Positions 27,315-36,500 of a stretch of 64,000 bases of DNA are shown one piece after another. The stretch covers positions 91,260 to 155,259 of IMG/VR virus record IMGVR_UViG_2818991472_000001. The stretch is one strand, 5' to 3'. The notes beneath the pieces were generated by a model. That model saw only the letters and a program-made list of their open reading frames with translations. It was not told where the DNA came from and searched no databases. The DNA comes from a virus (taxonomy: Duplodnaviria > Caudoviricetes). The position numbers and the translations under genes were made by a program. Position 1 is the first letter of the stretch; each line of letters opens with the position of its first letter.

Positions 27315-27857
27315 ATGACCGCCAACCCTGCCTCCACCAGCGAAGCCACGACGCCGCCAGCCCGCGCCGGACGCCGTGGCGGCCGGACTCGCGAACAGAG
27401 CCCCGCGCGCGCCGAACGGCGCCGCCCAAAGCAGGAGCACGACCGCCAGACACCGGAGCCGTCGCCTGCTCCCGAGGACGCTGCTCAGATCGACTTCTCC
27501 CAGCACCCCGCCCACACCACCCCCTGGCGCCGGACCTCCGCCCTCCCCGCCACCAAGCGCCTGCCGCGCGTCGGGACGCCGTCGACCCGCACAGTCGTCA
27601 TGACCCGCGAGCTGGCCGCCCACGTGGACGCCGTCCGGGTCGACATCGGCACTCCCAACGCCGTCGACTTCACCCTGCTCACCAGCAGTCTCCTGCGCGC
27701 CCTGGCCCGCGAGCACGAGGACTACAAGATCCGCGTTGAGGAGTACCGCCAGACCCACGGGGTCGTCCCCGGGCCAGACGTGGTCCCGCCCGGCCCGATC
27801 TTCACTGCGCTGAGTGCCGAGGTCGCCATCGTGATGGACGGCGGCACCGCCCCCTGA
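27315..27857 (+). CDS. hypothetical protein
   Basis: TACACT -10 shortly before the ATG. Confidence 0.6.
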   Translation: MTANPASTSEATTPPARAGRRGGRTREQSPARAERRRPKQEHDRQTPEPSPAPEDAAQIDFSQHPAHTTPWRRTSALPATKRLPRVGTPSTRTVVMTRELAAHVDAVRVDIGTPNAVDFTLLTSSLLRALAREHEDYKIRVEEYRQTHGVVPGPDVVPPGPIFTALSAEVAIVMDGGTAP

Positions 27858-27871
27858 CGGTTGGAGCGACA

Positions 27872-28078
27872 GTGAAGTACCCCCGGAGCAACTGCCGGAT
27901 CTGCGGCCGTGAGGTCTCGATCCCCGGCAACCGCTACGCCCGGCACGACCCTCCCGGCCCCCGTGCCCAGGTCGACCTGACCAGCTGCCCAGGGAGCCTC
28001 AAGGCCGCGATCCCGCCCCAGGCCGCCATCCCGGGTCTGGAACTCCACCAGGCCGAGGAGCACCTGGCCCTGTTCTAG
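27872..28078 (+). CDS. small Zn-binding hypothetical protein
   Basis: CRICGR...RH...CPGS; GGAG RBS. Confidence 0.65.
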   Translation: MKYPRSNCRICGREVSIPGNRYARHDPPGPRAQVDLTSCPGSLKAAIPPQAAIPGLELHQAEEHLALF

Positions 28079-28269
28079 CCCTCCGTCCCCGGGAGAAGCG
28101 CCATCAGCCTCAGGGCAACGTCCACCGCGCTCTCGCCCTCCCGGGCCGCCGCGAGGTCGACTGGCCGGTGGACGGCCAGCCAGTTGTGCAGGCGCTGCAT
28201 CTGCGCCACCAGCGGGTCGGCCAGGGCCCGGCCCGGGTCGTCCGTCGGCGGAGGCGGGAAGCCGCTCAT
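28075..28269 (-). CDS. small hypothetical protein
   Basis: MSGFPPPP...; ATGA coupling. Confidence 0.55.
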   Translation of the reverse strand: MSGFPPPPTDDPGRALADPLVAQMQRLHNWLAVHRPVDLAAAREGESAVDVALRLMALLPGTEG

Positions 28270-28469
28270 ACCCACACCTCCGGGCCTGCGGTCTCGGAGG
28301 CCAGCTGCGGGTTGGCCTCCTCCCAGCGCTCTCGGACCGTGACCGAGGCCGGGACCGACCCGCTGGCGCATGGGCCGTTGTGGTGCTCGACCACCTCGCA
28401 CGAGTAGTTCTGGAACTCCCCGCCCACCATCGCCCGGCACGACCGCTCCGGGAACACTGCTCGACGCAT
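28266..28469 (-). CDS. small Cys/His hypothetical protein
   Basis: GGAGGAG RBS, preceded by motif C. Confidence 0.6.
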   Translation of the reverse strand: MRRAVFPERSCRAMVGGEFQNYSCEVVEHHNGPCASGSVPASVTVRERWEEANPQLASETAGPEVWV

Positions 28470-28486
28470 CTGTCACTCCTCCCTGT

Positions 28487-28504
28487 TCACCCCTTCGTGG
28501 GGTG
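28487..28504 (-). promoter_or_regulatory. motif C (CACCCCACGAAGGGGTGA)
   Basis: identical 18-mer at 39199..39216. Confidence 0.55.
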
Positions 28505-28593
28505 TAGGGGCAGCACGGCAGGGCACCCCTCCCCCAGCTGCCGAGTCCTGTCGGCTGCGGGGAGAGAGGTGCTTGGGCTTGTTATAGGAATGA

Positions 28594-29703
28594 TCAGTCG
28601 TTGCTGTCCTTGGGGAACGTCGAGGGCGCCGGGGTCGCGAACGCTGCCCAGGGCTCCTCACCCTTCGCCCGCTTGCTCTCGGCGTAGGCGACGGCCTCGG
28701 AGAAGCTGCGCTGCCGGAGGTCCTTCTGGGCCTCGCGGTTCAGACGCTTGTACTTGGCGATGGCCTTCGCCTCCAGGCTGTCCCGCACCTCGGTGACCCC
28801 CTGCCCGCGCTTGGCGGCCAGGGCCACGACGAGGCGGTCCGCGAACTCGACGTCCTCCGCAAGGAGCCGAGCGCGATGCTCCGCCGGGAGGAAGTAGAAC
28901 GCCAGGTCCGGCTCGGCGGCAAGGATGGCGGCGATGTGCGCCTCACGGAGGGACGTCACGAGGGCGTCGACGGCCTCGCTCTGGGCGGCGGCCTCGGTGT
29001 CGATCCAGTCCCCTCGGCCCTTGCCCTGCAGCCGGTTGCCCTCGGGGTCGGTGATCGCCTTCGCCGCCTTCGTCACCTTGGCGGCCTCGGCCGCCTTGGC
29101 CTTGGCAGCGCGGGCCTCGCTCGCTGCGATCTCGTCGGGCGTGAAGATCTTGGTGGGCCGCTTCCGAATGTCGACGGGGGCCGAGGGGTAGCACACGGTG
29201 CAGGCCCGCTCCCCCGCGTCCTCGACGACCTGCTGCTCCGTTCCGCCGGAGTAGTCGGTCAGCCAGGCGAACTGCGTGCTGGGGCGGCAGGTGGAGCAGT
29301 CCATGGTCTTGTGCACGTGGCCGTCGACGTTGGTGACGATGAAGGCCCGGGTCCAGCCGCCCCGGCGGGCGAACTCGGCATCGTAGGGGGCCTGCTCGGC
29401 CTCGATGGCGGCGATGGACTTCTCCGCGTCCTGCAGCCGCTGCAGGGCGTTGCGGGCGTCGCGTCCGATGTAGGTGGTGTCGGTGTCGGCGCGGTGCTGG
29501 GCGGCCTGCTGGGCGGCGTTGAAGTCCATGCCCCACACCTGGCGGCGGCCCTGGTAGTTGGACCGGTCACCGGCGGCGCGGTGGATGCTGTCCCGGAGGC
29601 TGGGCAGCTTGCTCTCGGCCTTGAAGAGCTGCGCGGCCAGCTGGGCGAGCTGCTTGTCGATGTCGGCGGGGGTGGCGGTGGTGAGGTCCTTGGCAGAGGT
29701 CAT
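28594..29703 (-). CDS. phage-type hypothetical protein with Zn-binding motif
   Basis: GHVH...CSTC...ACTVCYPSAP; probably leaderless start behind a motif A promoter. Confidence 0.75.
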   Translation of the reverse strand: MTSAKDLTTATPADIDKQLAQLAAQLFKAESKLPSLRDSIHRAAGDRSNYQGRRQVWGMDFNAAQQAAQHRADTDTTYIGRDARNALQRLQDAEKSIAAIEAEQAPYDAEFARRGGWTRAFIVTNVDGHVHKTMDCSTCRPSTQFAWLTDYSGGTEQQVVEDAGERACTVCYPSAPVDIRKRPTKIFTPDEIAASEARAAKAKAAEAAKVTKAAKAITDPEGNRLQGKGRGDWIDTEAAAQSEAVDALVTSLREAHIAAILAAEPDLAFYFLPAEHRARLLAEDVEFADRLVVALAAKRGQGVTEVRDSLEAKAIAKYKRLNREAQKDLRQRSFSEAVAYAESKRAKGEEPWAAFATPAPSTFPKDSND

Positions 29704-29715
29704 GGAATGAATATA

Positions 29716-29737
29716 GCAACCTAGATATCTAGGTTGC
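29716..29737 (-). promoter_or_regulatory. operator motif A, copy 2 (22-bp perfect palindrome)
   Basis: GCAACCTAGATATCTAGGTTGC within TTGCAA-N18-TATATT. Confidence 0.8.
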
Positions 29738-29764
29738 AAGATAGGCGGGATAACTTGGTCGAGT

Positions 29765-30328
29765 TCAGAGGGGCGGGTACTGGCCGTACGCTCCCCAGGA
29801 GTCCTTGCCCGGGTTCAGAGTGTCGTTGACGCCGAGCTGTTGGCCGTAGGAAGCGCGGGCCCAGGCTTCGAGACGTGCCGCGTGGCCGTCGGGGCCGGGG
29901 ATGTACGGGTGGTCGGGGACCGGGGTATCCCATTCGTCGGACGGCGCCCCGGGCGGTGCGAACTGCACCACGAGGGCCGCAAGCAGGCCGCCGCCGCCCG
30001 CGACCAGGAGGACCGTCTTGAAGATGATCGGGTCCTGGCCGCGCAACAGAGCTGCAGCGAGCAGGCAGACGGCGGTCGCAGCCACCAGCCAGCCGAGGAC
30101 CCAGGGGTGGAGGCCGGGGGCAGCACGGCGGACCGACCAGGTACCGGTGGCCGGGTCAAGGTGATGGACCTGCTGGCGGTACGGGCGCCGGGCCCGGCGG
30201 TACAGACGCAGCTGGCCGGTGGGGCTCAGGCCCTTGTAGGTCCAGTACTGGCCGTCCAGGTGGAGGTACCAGTGCTCGCCGGGGCGTACCGGCAGGTGGG
30301 CTATCGCCCTTGCCTCCTCATGAGTCAT
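29765..30328 (-). CDS. membrane protein
   Basis: two hydrophobic helices; start codon lies in the 13-bp inverted repeat 30326..30356. Confidence 0.6.
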   Translation of the reverse strand: MTHEEARAIAHLPVRPGEHWYLHLDGQYWTYKGLSPTGQLRLYRRARRPYRQQVHHLDPATGTWSVRRAAPGLHPWVLGWLVAATAVCLLAAALLRGQDPIIFKTVLLVAGGGGLLAALVVQFAPPGAPSDEWDTPVPDHPYIPGPDGHAARLEAWARASYGQQLGVNDTLNPGKDSWGAYGQYPPL

Positions 30329-30368
30329 GCCGCCACGGTAGTGCCGTGGCGGCATGGGAGGGGGGATG

Positions 30369-31613
30369 TCAGGCGGTGGTGACGAGGGAGTTCAGCTTGT
30401 CCTCCATCGGCTTCTTGATGGTCTGTGAGATGTAGGAGGGGGCGACGCCGAGCACGAGCGCGAGGAGAGCGCCGGTGCACTTCTGGCCGTGGTCGGCGCA
30501 GATGTCGTGGATCTTGACGGCGAGGTCGACAGTGTCCTCGACGGAGCGGCTTCCACGGCGCTCGGGGATCTCGGTGAGGAGAGCGTCCTGGAGCACCTTG
30601 GGCAGTCGCGTGAGCGCCGTCTTGCCGTCGGCGCCGACCAGCCCGAGGGAGAGACGCTGGTCGGCCGGGGGCTTCTGCGGCGGGATGGGGACCGTCACGA
30701 TCTGCTTCGGGGCCTTGACGGCGGCGGGGAGCACGTTCTGGGTCTTCGTCAGCGCGGGCTTGACCGGGGCGGGGGTGAGCTGCAGGCCCGCGAGGGCGAG
30801 CGTGGTGTTGACGGCCGGGGCTTCCGGCTCCCGGGTCACTTCCACCGACGGGGGCAAGAGAAGGTCCGTCATCGGGTCGTCGACGACGAGGAACCGCCAG
30901 GCCAGCGGGATGCTCTCGTCGGCGGCCTGGGCCTGGGCGATCAGGAACCGGGCGGCCGTACGGGCGTCGCAGCCGCTGAACCACATGACCCGCTTGACCT
31001 TGAACATCGGCAGCGGGGCGAGCAGGACCTGGGCCCGGCGCAGGCGCGGTACCGGGGCCGGGAGGATGCCCTGCTCGATCAGCTTCTGCCGCTCCTCGGC
31101 CTGCTGGGCGCGGCGCTGCTTCTTGACCGCGTGCCACTTGGCCTGGAGCGTGCTGAAGTGGGCGCCGATCCACAGGACTGGCGGGAGGGCGTGGTACGTG
31201 GAGGCCCAGGGGTTGGGCCAGCTGTCGTGGATGTTGAGCGCGATGCTCGCGCTGGCGAGCGCGAGGACCATGAGGTTGATTCCCCAGGTCCGGCGGCCGT
31301 CCTCGGCAGCGCTGATGGCCTTCCAGGAGTAGGCGAAGACGCCGAGGTCGGCCAGGAAGGCCGCGACGTACGCTTCGGACGACCCGGCGCTGAAGCCGAC
31401 CTTCAGGGCGAGGCCGTAGAGGGTGCGGTAGCTGAGGTAGAACGCTCCGGCGGCGAGGACGTAGTCGACGCCGTAGGCCAGGGCGCGCTCGCCGATCTTG
31501 AGGTGGCGCCACCAGCGGACCTTGGCGGAAGCCAGTTCCTGGCCCGATTCCGTCGGAGCGGACGCGAACGACACCTGGTCTTCGCTAGTCTTTCTCCTGG
31601 ACATCCTGAGCAT
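30369..31613 (-). CDS. DUF2637-like membrane protein (SpdA/TraA-like, mobile-element transfer)
   Basis: AFYLSY..L..LA...G, D, S..LNI, HALPP. Confidence 0.65.
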   Translation of the reverse strand: MLRMSRRKTSEDQVSFASAPTESGQELASAKVRWWRHLKIGERALAYGVDYVLAAGAFYLSYRTLYGLALKVGFSAGSSEAYVAAFLADLGVFAYSWKAISAAEDGRRTWGINLMVLALASASIALNIHDSWPNPWASTYHALPPVLWIGAHFSTLQAKWHAVKKQRRAQQAEERQKLIEQGILPAPVPRLRRAQVLLAPLPMFKVKRVMWFSGCDARTAARFLIAQAQAADESIPLAWRFLVVDDPMTDLLLPPSVEVTREPEAPAVNTTLALAGLQLTPAPVKPALTKTQNVLPAAVKAPKQIVTVPIPPQKPPADQRLSLGLVGADGKTALTRLPKVLQDALLTEIPERRGSRSVEDTVDLAVKIHDICADHGQKCTGALLALVLGVAPSYISQTIKKPMEDKLNSLVTTA

Positions 31614-31696
31614 CGTTTCCTCGCGGGAGCGTCGTGGTGGGTGTTCGGGAAACCCTCGGCGGCTCCTGCTAGAGCACCGTCGGGGGCTTTCTCGTT

Positions 31697-32614
31697 TCAC
31701 GAGATGGGCTGGCCAGGCCAGTCGGGGTCGAGAAGAAGGCCCAGGTCCGAGAAGGAGCGTGGCAGTTCCAGCAGTTCCTCGGGGACGGGCAGGCTGGACA
31801 CCGCCTTGTTCGGCGCCGAGTCCGGCATCCGGTTGGTGCGCTTGAGCGACCTGTAGACGGGCGCGGTCATGAACGGAGTGCCGTCCGCCCACGCGATGTG
31901 GCGCACCGGGTGCCCCTCGTCGCTGGCGATGCCGATCAGCTGGTCCTGCAGTTCACCAAGGTCCTGGGAGGCCCTGGCGAGCAAGTGCCGCGCCTGGCCC
32001 GCAACGCGGAGGCGCTCCATGAGCGGGGTCCAGGTGACCTTCTTGTCGTAGGCGCCCTCAAGCTCGGGGTTTGTCTCTCCCGAGGGGATGATCTCCTTGA
32101 GGAAGCTGAGGTCGGGCAGGCGCTGCTGCGCCTTGTCGAGCTGTACGGCTTGCACGCCGTTCTTCAACCGGTCGCGGGCGCGGTCGGTCTCGTACCCCGC
32201 TTCCCGCCACACGTTGTAGATGGGGCGGGTCTCCCGGGTGGACAGTCCGGAGACCGTCCCGAGGTGGATGGCGGGCTGATTCTCCGACCAGCCGAGCAGC
32301 CAGAGGCCCTTGCGGTACTCCTCGATCTCGTGGACCGCCTGCTGCAGGAGCGCGCGGATCGGCACCGTCTTCACCAGTCGGTCGGTGGCGGCGGTGCTGA
32401 CGAAGGCGTGGGGCCGGTTCTCCGGAGTGGAGCCCTGGCTGAGCCCCCCTTCGTCACGTATGCGCTGAGGAGGCGTTACACCGTGCAGGCGCATGTGGGA
32501 GCCGAGCCCAGCCGGGCCCTTGCAGACCTTCCCGCACGTCTTGCAGCGGTAGGCGTCCGCGTCGGCTTCCGGTTCTCGCGTCGGCTCGGAACCCGTGGGT
32601 GTGCTGGGTACCAC
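31697..32614 (-). CDS. C2H2 zinc-finger protein
   Basis: YRCKTCGKVCKGPAGLGSHMRLH. Confidence 0.7.
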   Translation of the reverse strand: MVPSTPTGSEPTREPEADADAYRCKTCGKVCKGPAGLGSHMRLHGVTPPQRIRDEGGLSQGSTPENRPHAFVSTAATDRLVKTVPIRALLQQAVHEIEEYRKGLWLLGWSENQPAIHLGTVSGLSTRETRPIYNVWREAGYETDRARDRLKNGVQAVQLDKAQQRLPDLSFLKEIIPSGETNPELEGAYDKKVTWTPLMERLRVAGQARHLLARASQDLGELQDQLIGIASDEGHPVRHIAWADGTPFMTAPVYRSLKRTNRMPDSAPNKAVSSLPVPEELLELPRSFSDLGLLLDPDWPGQPIS

Positions 32615-32649
32615 CGAACCCTCCTTCCACGGTCAGGCGTGATGACGGA

Positions 32650-32691
32650 ACTCTAGTGAACTAAGTGTTGCATGGGCAATCGAGTTCACTC
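32650..32691 (-). promoter_or_regulatory. operator/promoter motif B, copy 3
   Basis: minus strand GAGTGAACT-CGA-TTGCCC-N18-TAGAGT. Confidence 0.65.
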
Positions 32692-32694
32692 AAG

Positions 32695-33477
32695 TCACCT
32701 CGCAGCGCTGTCCTCGGCGAAGGCTTCGGGGTCGATCTTGATGATCCGCATGACCGCCTCGGCCGGACGGTTGTCGAGGACGGCATGGACGACCTGCTCC
32801 TTGAACCGCCGGAGCACCCTCAGTTCGGCGGCACTCTCCTTCGCCGCCACCTTCAGGTCCTTGGCGGCCTGGGCCTTGGTGTCCGCGAGTTCCTCTTCGA
32901 GCGCGCGGATGCGCTCGGAGAAGCGCTCGAACTCGGCAACGGCCCCCTCGCGGACGGCTGCCAGCGCGCTGTCGAAGGCCAGCATCGGATCGGCGGCGGA
33001 GCGGGTCCTGCGCCGGGGGGTGTTTCCCGAGGAGGCCCGGACGTCGTGGGCACGGGCACGGTGGACCCCGAGGTTGCGGAAGCGCTTCCCGCAGTCGGGG
33101 CACTCCTTGTCGGCACCGTCGACCGAGCCTTCGCCGGTCTCCGGCTCCACTTCTCCGACTGGGGTCGGCTCCTCCGGAACCGGGATCTCGGCTGACGCGA
33201 CGCCGCCCGCGCCGTACTCGGCCAGAGCCGCCTCCAGAAGCTCGTCGCCGCCCTGGTCAGCCAGGGCCTCGTACGCCTCCTGGAGGGCATTCCGGACGGC
33301 GGAGTCCTGCACGCCACCCCAGCCCGGGTCGCTGGTGTCGTGAGGCAGGTCGAGGCGTCCGCCGTCCGGCGAGGTGATCACCGTGGCGTTGGCCCGGACG
33401 GACACCTCCCACCCGGGGAGCTGCTCGGCCATCGACGCGAAGCGGGCGGTCTCCGGGGGGAGGGTGGGCGATGCCAT
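32695..33477 (-). CDS. C2H2 zinc-finger/coiled-coil protein
   Basis: CPDCGKRFRNLGVHRARAH; AGGAG RBS. Confidence 0.7.
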   Translation of the reverse strand: MASPTLPPETARFASMAEQLPGWEVSVRANATVITSPDGGRLDLPHDTSDPGWGGVQDSAVRNALQEAYEALADQGGDELLEAALAEYGAGGVASAEIPVPEEPTPVGEVEPETGEGSVDGADKECPDCGKRFRNLGVHRARAHDVRASSGNTPRRRTRSAADPMLAFDSALAAVREGAVAEFERFSERIRALEEELADTKAQAAKDLKVAAKESAAELRVLRRFKEQVVHAVLDNRPAEAVMRIIKIDPEAFAEDSAAR

Positions 33478-33504
33478 GGGGTCTCCTGGGTCTAGTTTCA
33501 ATTC

Positions 33505-33533
33505 ACCCTATGACCCTGATACCTAGGTGTCAA
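33505..33533 (-). promoter_or_regulatory. sigma70/HrdB-type promoter with operator motif A, copy 3
   Basis: TTGACA-N17-TAGGGT containing ACCTAGGTATCAGGGT. Confidence 0.8.
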
Positions 33534-36500
33534 CGCTGTTCCTCGGAGCCGCTCCGAATGGAATCTTTGTCCACACCCTGCCTGTGGAAACAATTATGTC
33601 TGATGCCGTCCAGGAGACTTCCGGGAGTTTGGGCATGAATCGGAAGTGGTCGCCGACGTACGCGAGCGTCATATGCGGTGACCAGCCGTGTTCGCTCGGG
33701 GTTCGATAGCCGTGGCCGTTGAGGAATTTCTCCAGATCGGAGTGGAGGTGAGTTCCTCCGGGGATATCAGCCGAGCCCCAGAGAACATTCTGGCCGGGCT
33801 TGGTGAATGTCCCCACGCCTCCGATGCGGACGGTTACCGGGCGGTGTCGGCTGGCCCAGTTCCCGATCAGCTGCGGCAAGTCGGCGAGCTGCTGGCGGGT
33901 GTAGTGACCCGTCTTGCCGAGGTAGGCGAGGGTGACGTGGAGCTGGGCTGCTGGTTCTCCGCCGGGCAGGGCCAGCTGCTCGGCGATCTCCGGCGGCGGG
34001 ACCAAGGCCACCATCATGCCGTCCTCGACTTCGGCGGCGGCCTGGCGGGCGATGCGGTCGGCCTCCTCGGGGGTGGCCTGCCGGAAGAACAGGGTGGCGG
34101 TCTTCGGCCTGAGCGAGGTGAGGTCGACGGTCTCGCTGGGGCCGTACTCGTCGTGGGTCATCACGCCGTCGTAGCCGTCGGCGGCGATGGCTTCGGACAG
34201 GGCGCGGCCGGACTTGCCGTCGTAGCGCGCGGACAGCTGGTGCTTCCAGTTCGACGGGTCGCGGTAGTCGCCGCCGAAGTGCATCCGCAGCGGCCGGTGG
34301 AAGGTGATCTGGCCGCCTTCGTAGCGCGGATCGTCGGCCAGGTGGGAGGGCAGCGCGCCCTGGGTGATGTATCGGCCGTGGGGTTCGAGGTCCTGGGCGA
34401 ACTGGCTGCCGTGGTGCCCGGCGCCCTCGGTGTTGCGGAAGTAATCGAAGGTGACGGGGCGATCGTCGCCGGTGTCCTCGGTGTAGGGCTGGCGCGCGGC
34501 GGTGTGGTGCCCGGTGGTGAAGTCGTGATGGGTGAAGTCGGTGCGGAAGTCGCGGTTGTCGTCGGCCAGGTGCAGGGTCCAGGAGATCCCGGTGCGGTCG
34601 CTGGCCCGCTCGCGGCTGTGCCAGACGATCTGCGTGGCCGGGTGCGGCACAGCGGGGAGGTCCTCGGCGGCTTCGTGAGCGGCCCCGTGGGCGTAGTCGG
34701 GGTCGTCCTCCCATTCATGGGCGGCGGGAGCGACCTGCTTGAGCCGTTCGGCGCGTTCGGCCACCGGTTGGGCCGGATCGTGGACGAAGGCGTGGTCCTC
34801 GGGAGTGAGGTGGACGGCGGTCCCTGCGTACTGCTCGGCCCCGAGGTCGTTGGGGTCGTCACCGGGGTGGTGGATCTCGGGCTGGTGGATCTCGGGGCCG
34901 TGGTAGGCCCACTCGTTGATGTCGTTGCCGTCTGTGTGCACGTGCTTGGCCGGGACGGTGGCCTTCAGCACCGGCCAGTCCGGGCCGGTGCCGTCCATGG
35001 CGTGGTTGCGCGCGTACTCGCCGGAGGTGGAGACCCAGTCGCCGGGGCTGATCCGGTCGACGCCGTGGGGCGCGGCCCGGTAGATCGTCACCGGCTCGTC
35101 CGGACGGCCGTGGGCGCGGTGGAGGGTGTGGAGGGACTCCTCGTGGGGCTCGCCGTAGCTGCCGTCGGCGACGTTCTCCTCGAAGCCGGGGTGGAAACCG
35201 GAAGCTCCGTTGGTGGGGTCGTGCAGGGGCGCGCTGTCCGGGCCTGGCGCTCGGTGCTGCATACGGTAGTCGTCGTCCACAGTCCCAGCTTGCCGTACTG
35301 GGAGGACAGCGGCGGCGGCGCGGGTGGGCGCGGCCTCGGCGGTCTGGTCCTTCTTCCAGTCGGTCAGGTCCTGCAGAGGGTGGCCCGGCGCGGCGTCCAG
35401 CGCCTTCCAGACGACATTGCGTTCGTCGTACAGGCCCGTTCCGTCGGGGCCGAAGGCGTCGTGGCGGTCTTGGTGCAGCTGGTCGTACAGGGCGGCGCCT
35501 GCGGCGGCCTGGTCGTCCTCGGGGAGGTGCTCGATCTGCTGGATCTGGTCGCGGAGGTCGTCGAGGCGGTCCCAGTCCTCTTCAGGGAGGTGGTGGGCGT
35601 CGAAGTCGTCGGGAACCTGCACGGGTTCGACGGCCCAGGTGTCCGTGGTGAGGTCGTAGGCGGCGTACGGCTTCAGGGTGCGGATGTCGAAGCTGTCGGG
35701 GTTGACGTAGAAGGTCGACTCCCACGGGCCGGTGGCGTGTCCGTCCGACTGCAGGCTCCGGTCGTCGTCGTCCAGGCCAGCACGCAGCTCTTCGTTGAGA
35801 CGCTGGTCGATCTCCTGGTCCGTCAGGTGCGAGAGCGGTGGGGCGCTGCGGCGGGCCTCGTCGTAGTTGACGCCGATGAGGGTGTCGAGGTCGCCGTTGC
35901 CGTACCAGTGGCTGGCTTCGGAGCCGGTGAGGTAGACGCGGGCCCACCGGGGCCAGTCGGAGCCGTAGCGGGGCGTCCAGAAGTCGTCGAGGAGGTCGAG
36001 GAGTTGCTGGCGGATCTCTGGTCGCAGGTGGGTGCCGTCGAAGAGCCTGGGGTCGAGGCCGGATTTGCCTGGGCCGAAGAAGTGGCCGGTGGGCAGCCAG
36101 TCGTGGTGGTGCTGGTAGGGCTGGGTGTTGTCGGGGACGATGGTGTTCTGGAAGGTGAGGCGGCGGATGGCCTGGTCATAGTCGTGCAGGCCGACGTAGC
36201 CGATGTGGATGCCGCCGTCGTCGGTGGGGCGGTGGACGACGCGGTGGCCTCGGCTGGCCTTGGTGCTGTTCCAACCCTTGAGGGGCTGGGAGAGGGCGTG
36301 GGTCTGCAGCCCGTCGTCGCCTCGGCGCAGGGCTTCGACGGTGTCGGCGATGCGGCGCTGGTCCTGGCGGTCGAGCTTGGCGAGGTCCTTATGGGCGCCG
36401 GGGTGGAAGGTGACCGGGCGGAGTTCGGCTACAGGCCCAGGTCCTGCTGCACCTTCTCCCAGGGGATCGGGGTCTCCCCCGAGTTGTCCCGTTCCAGGAT

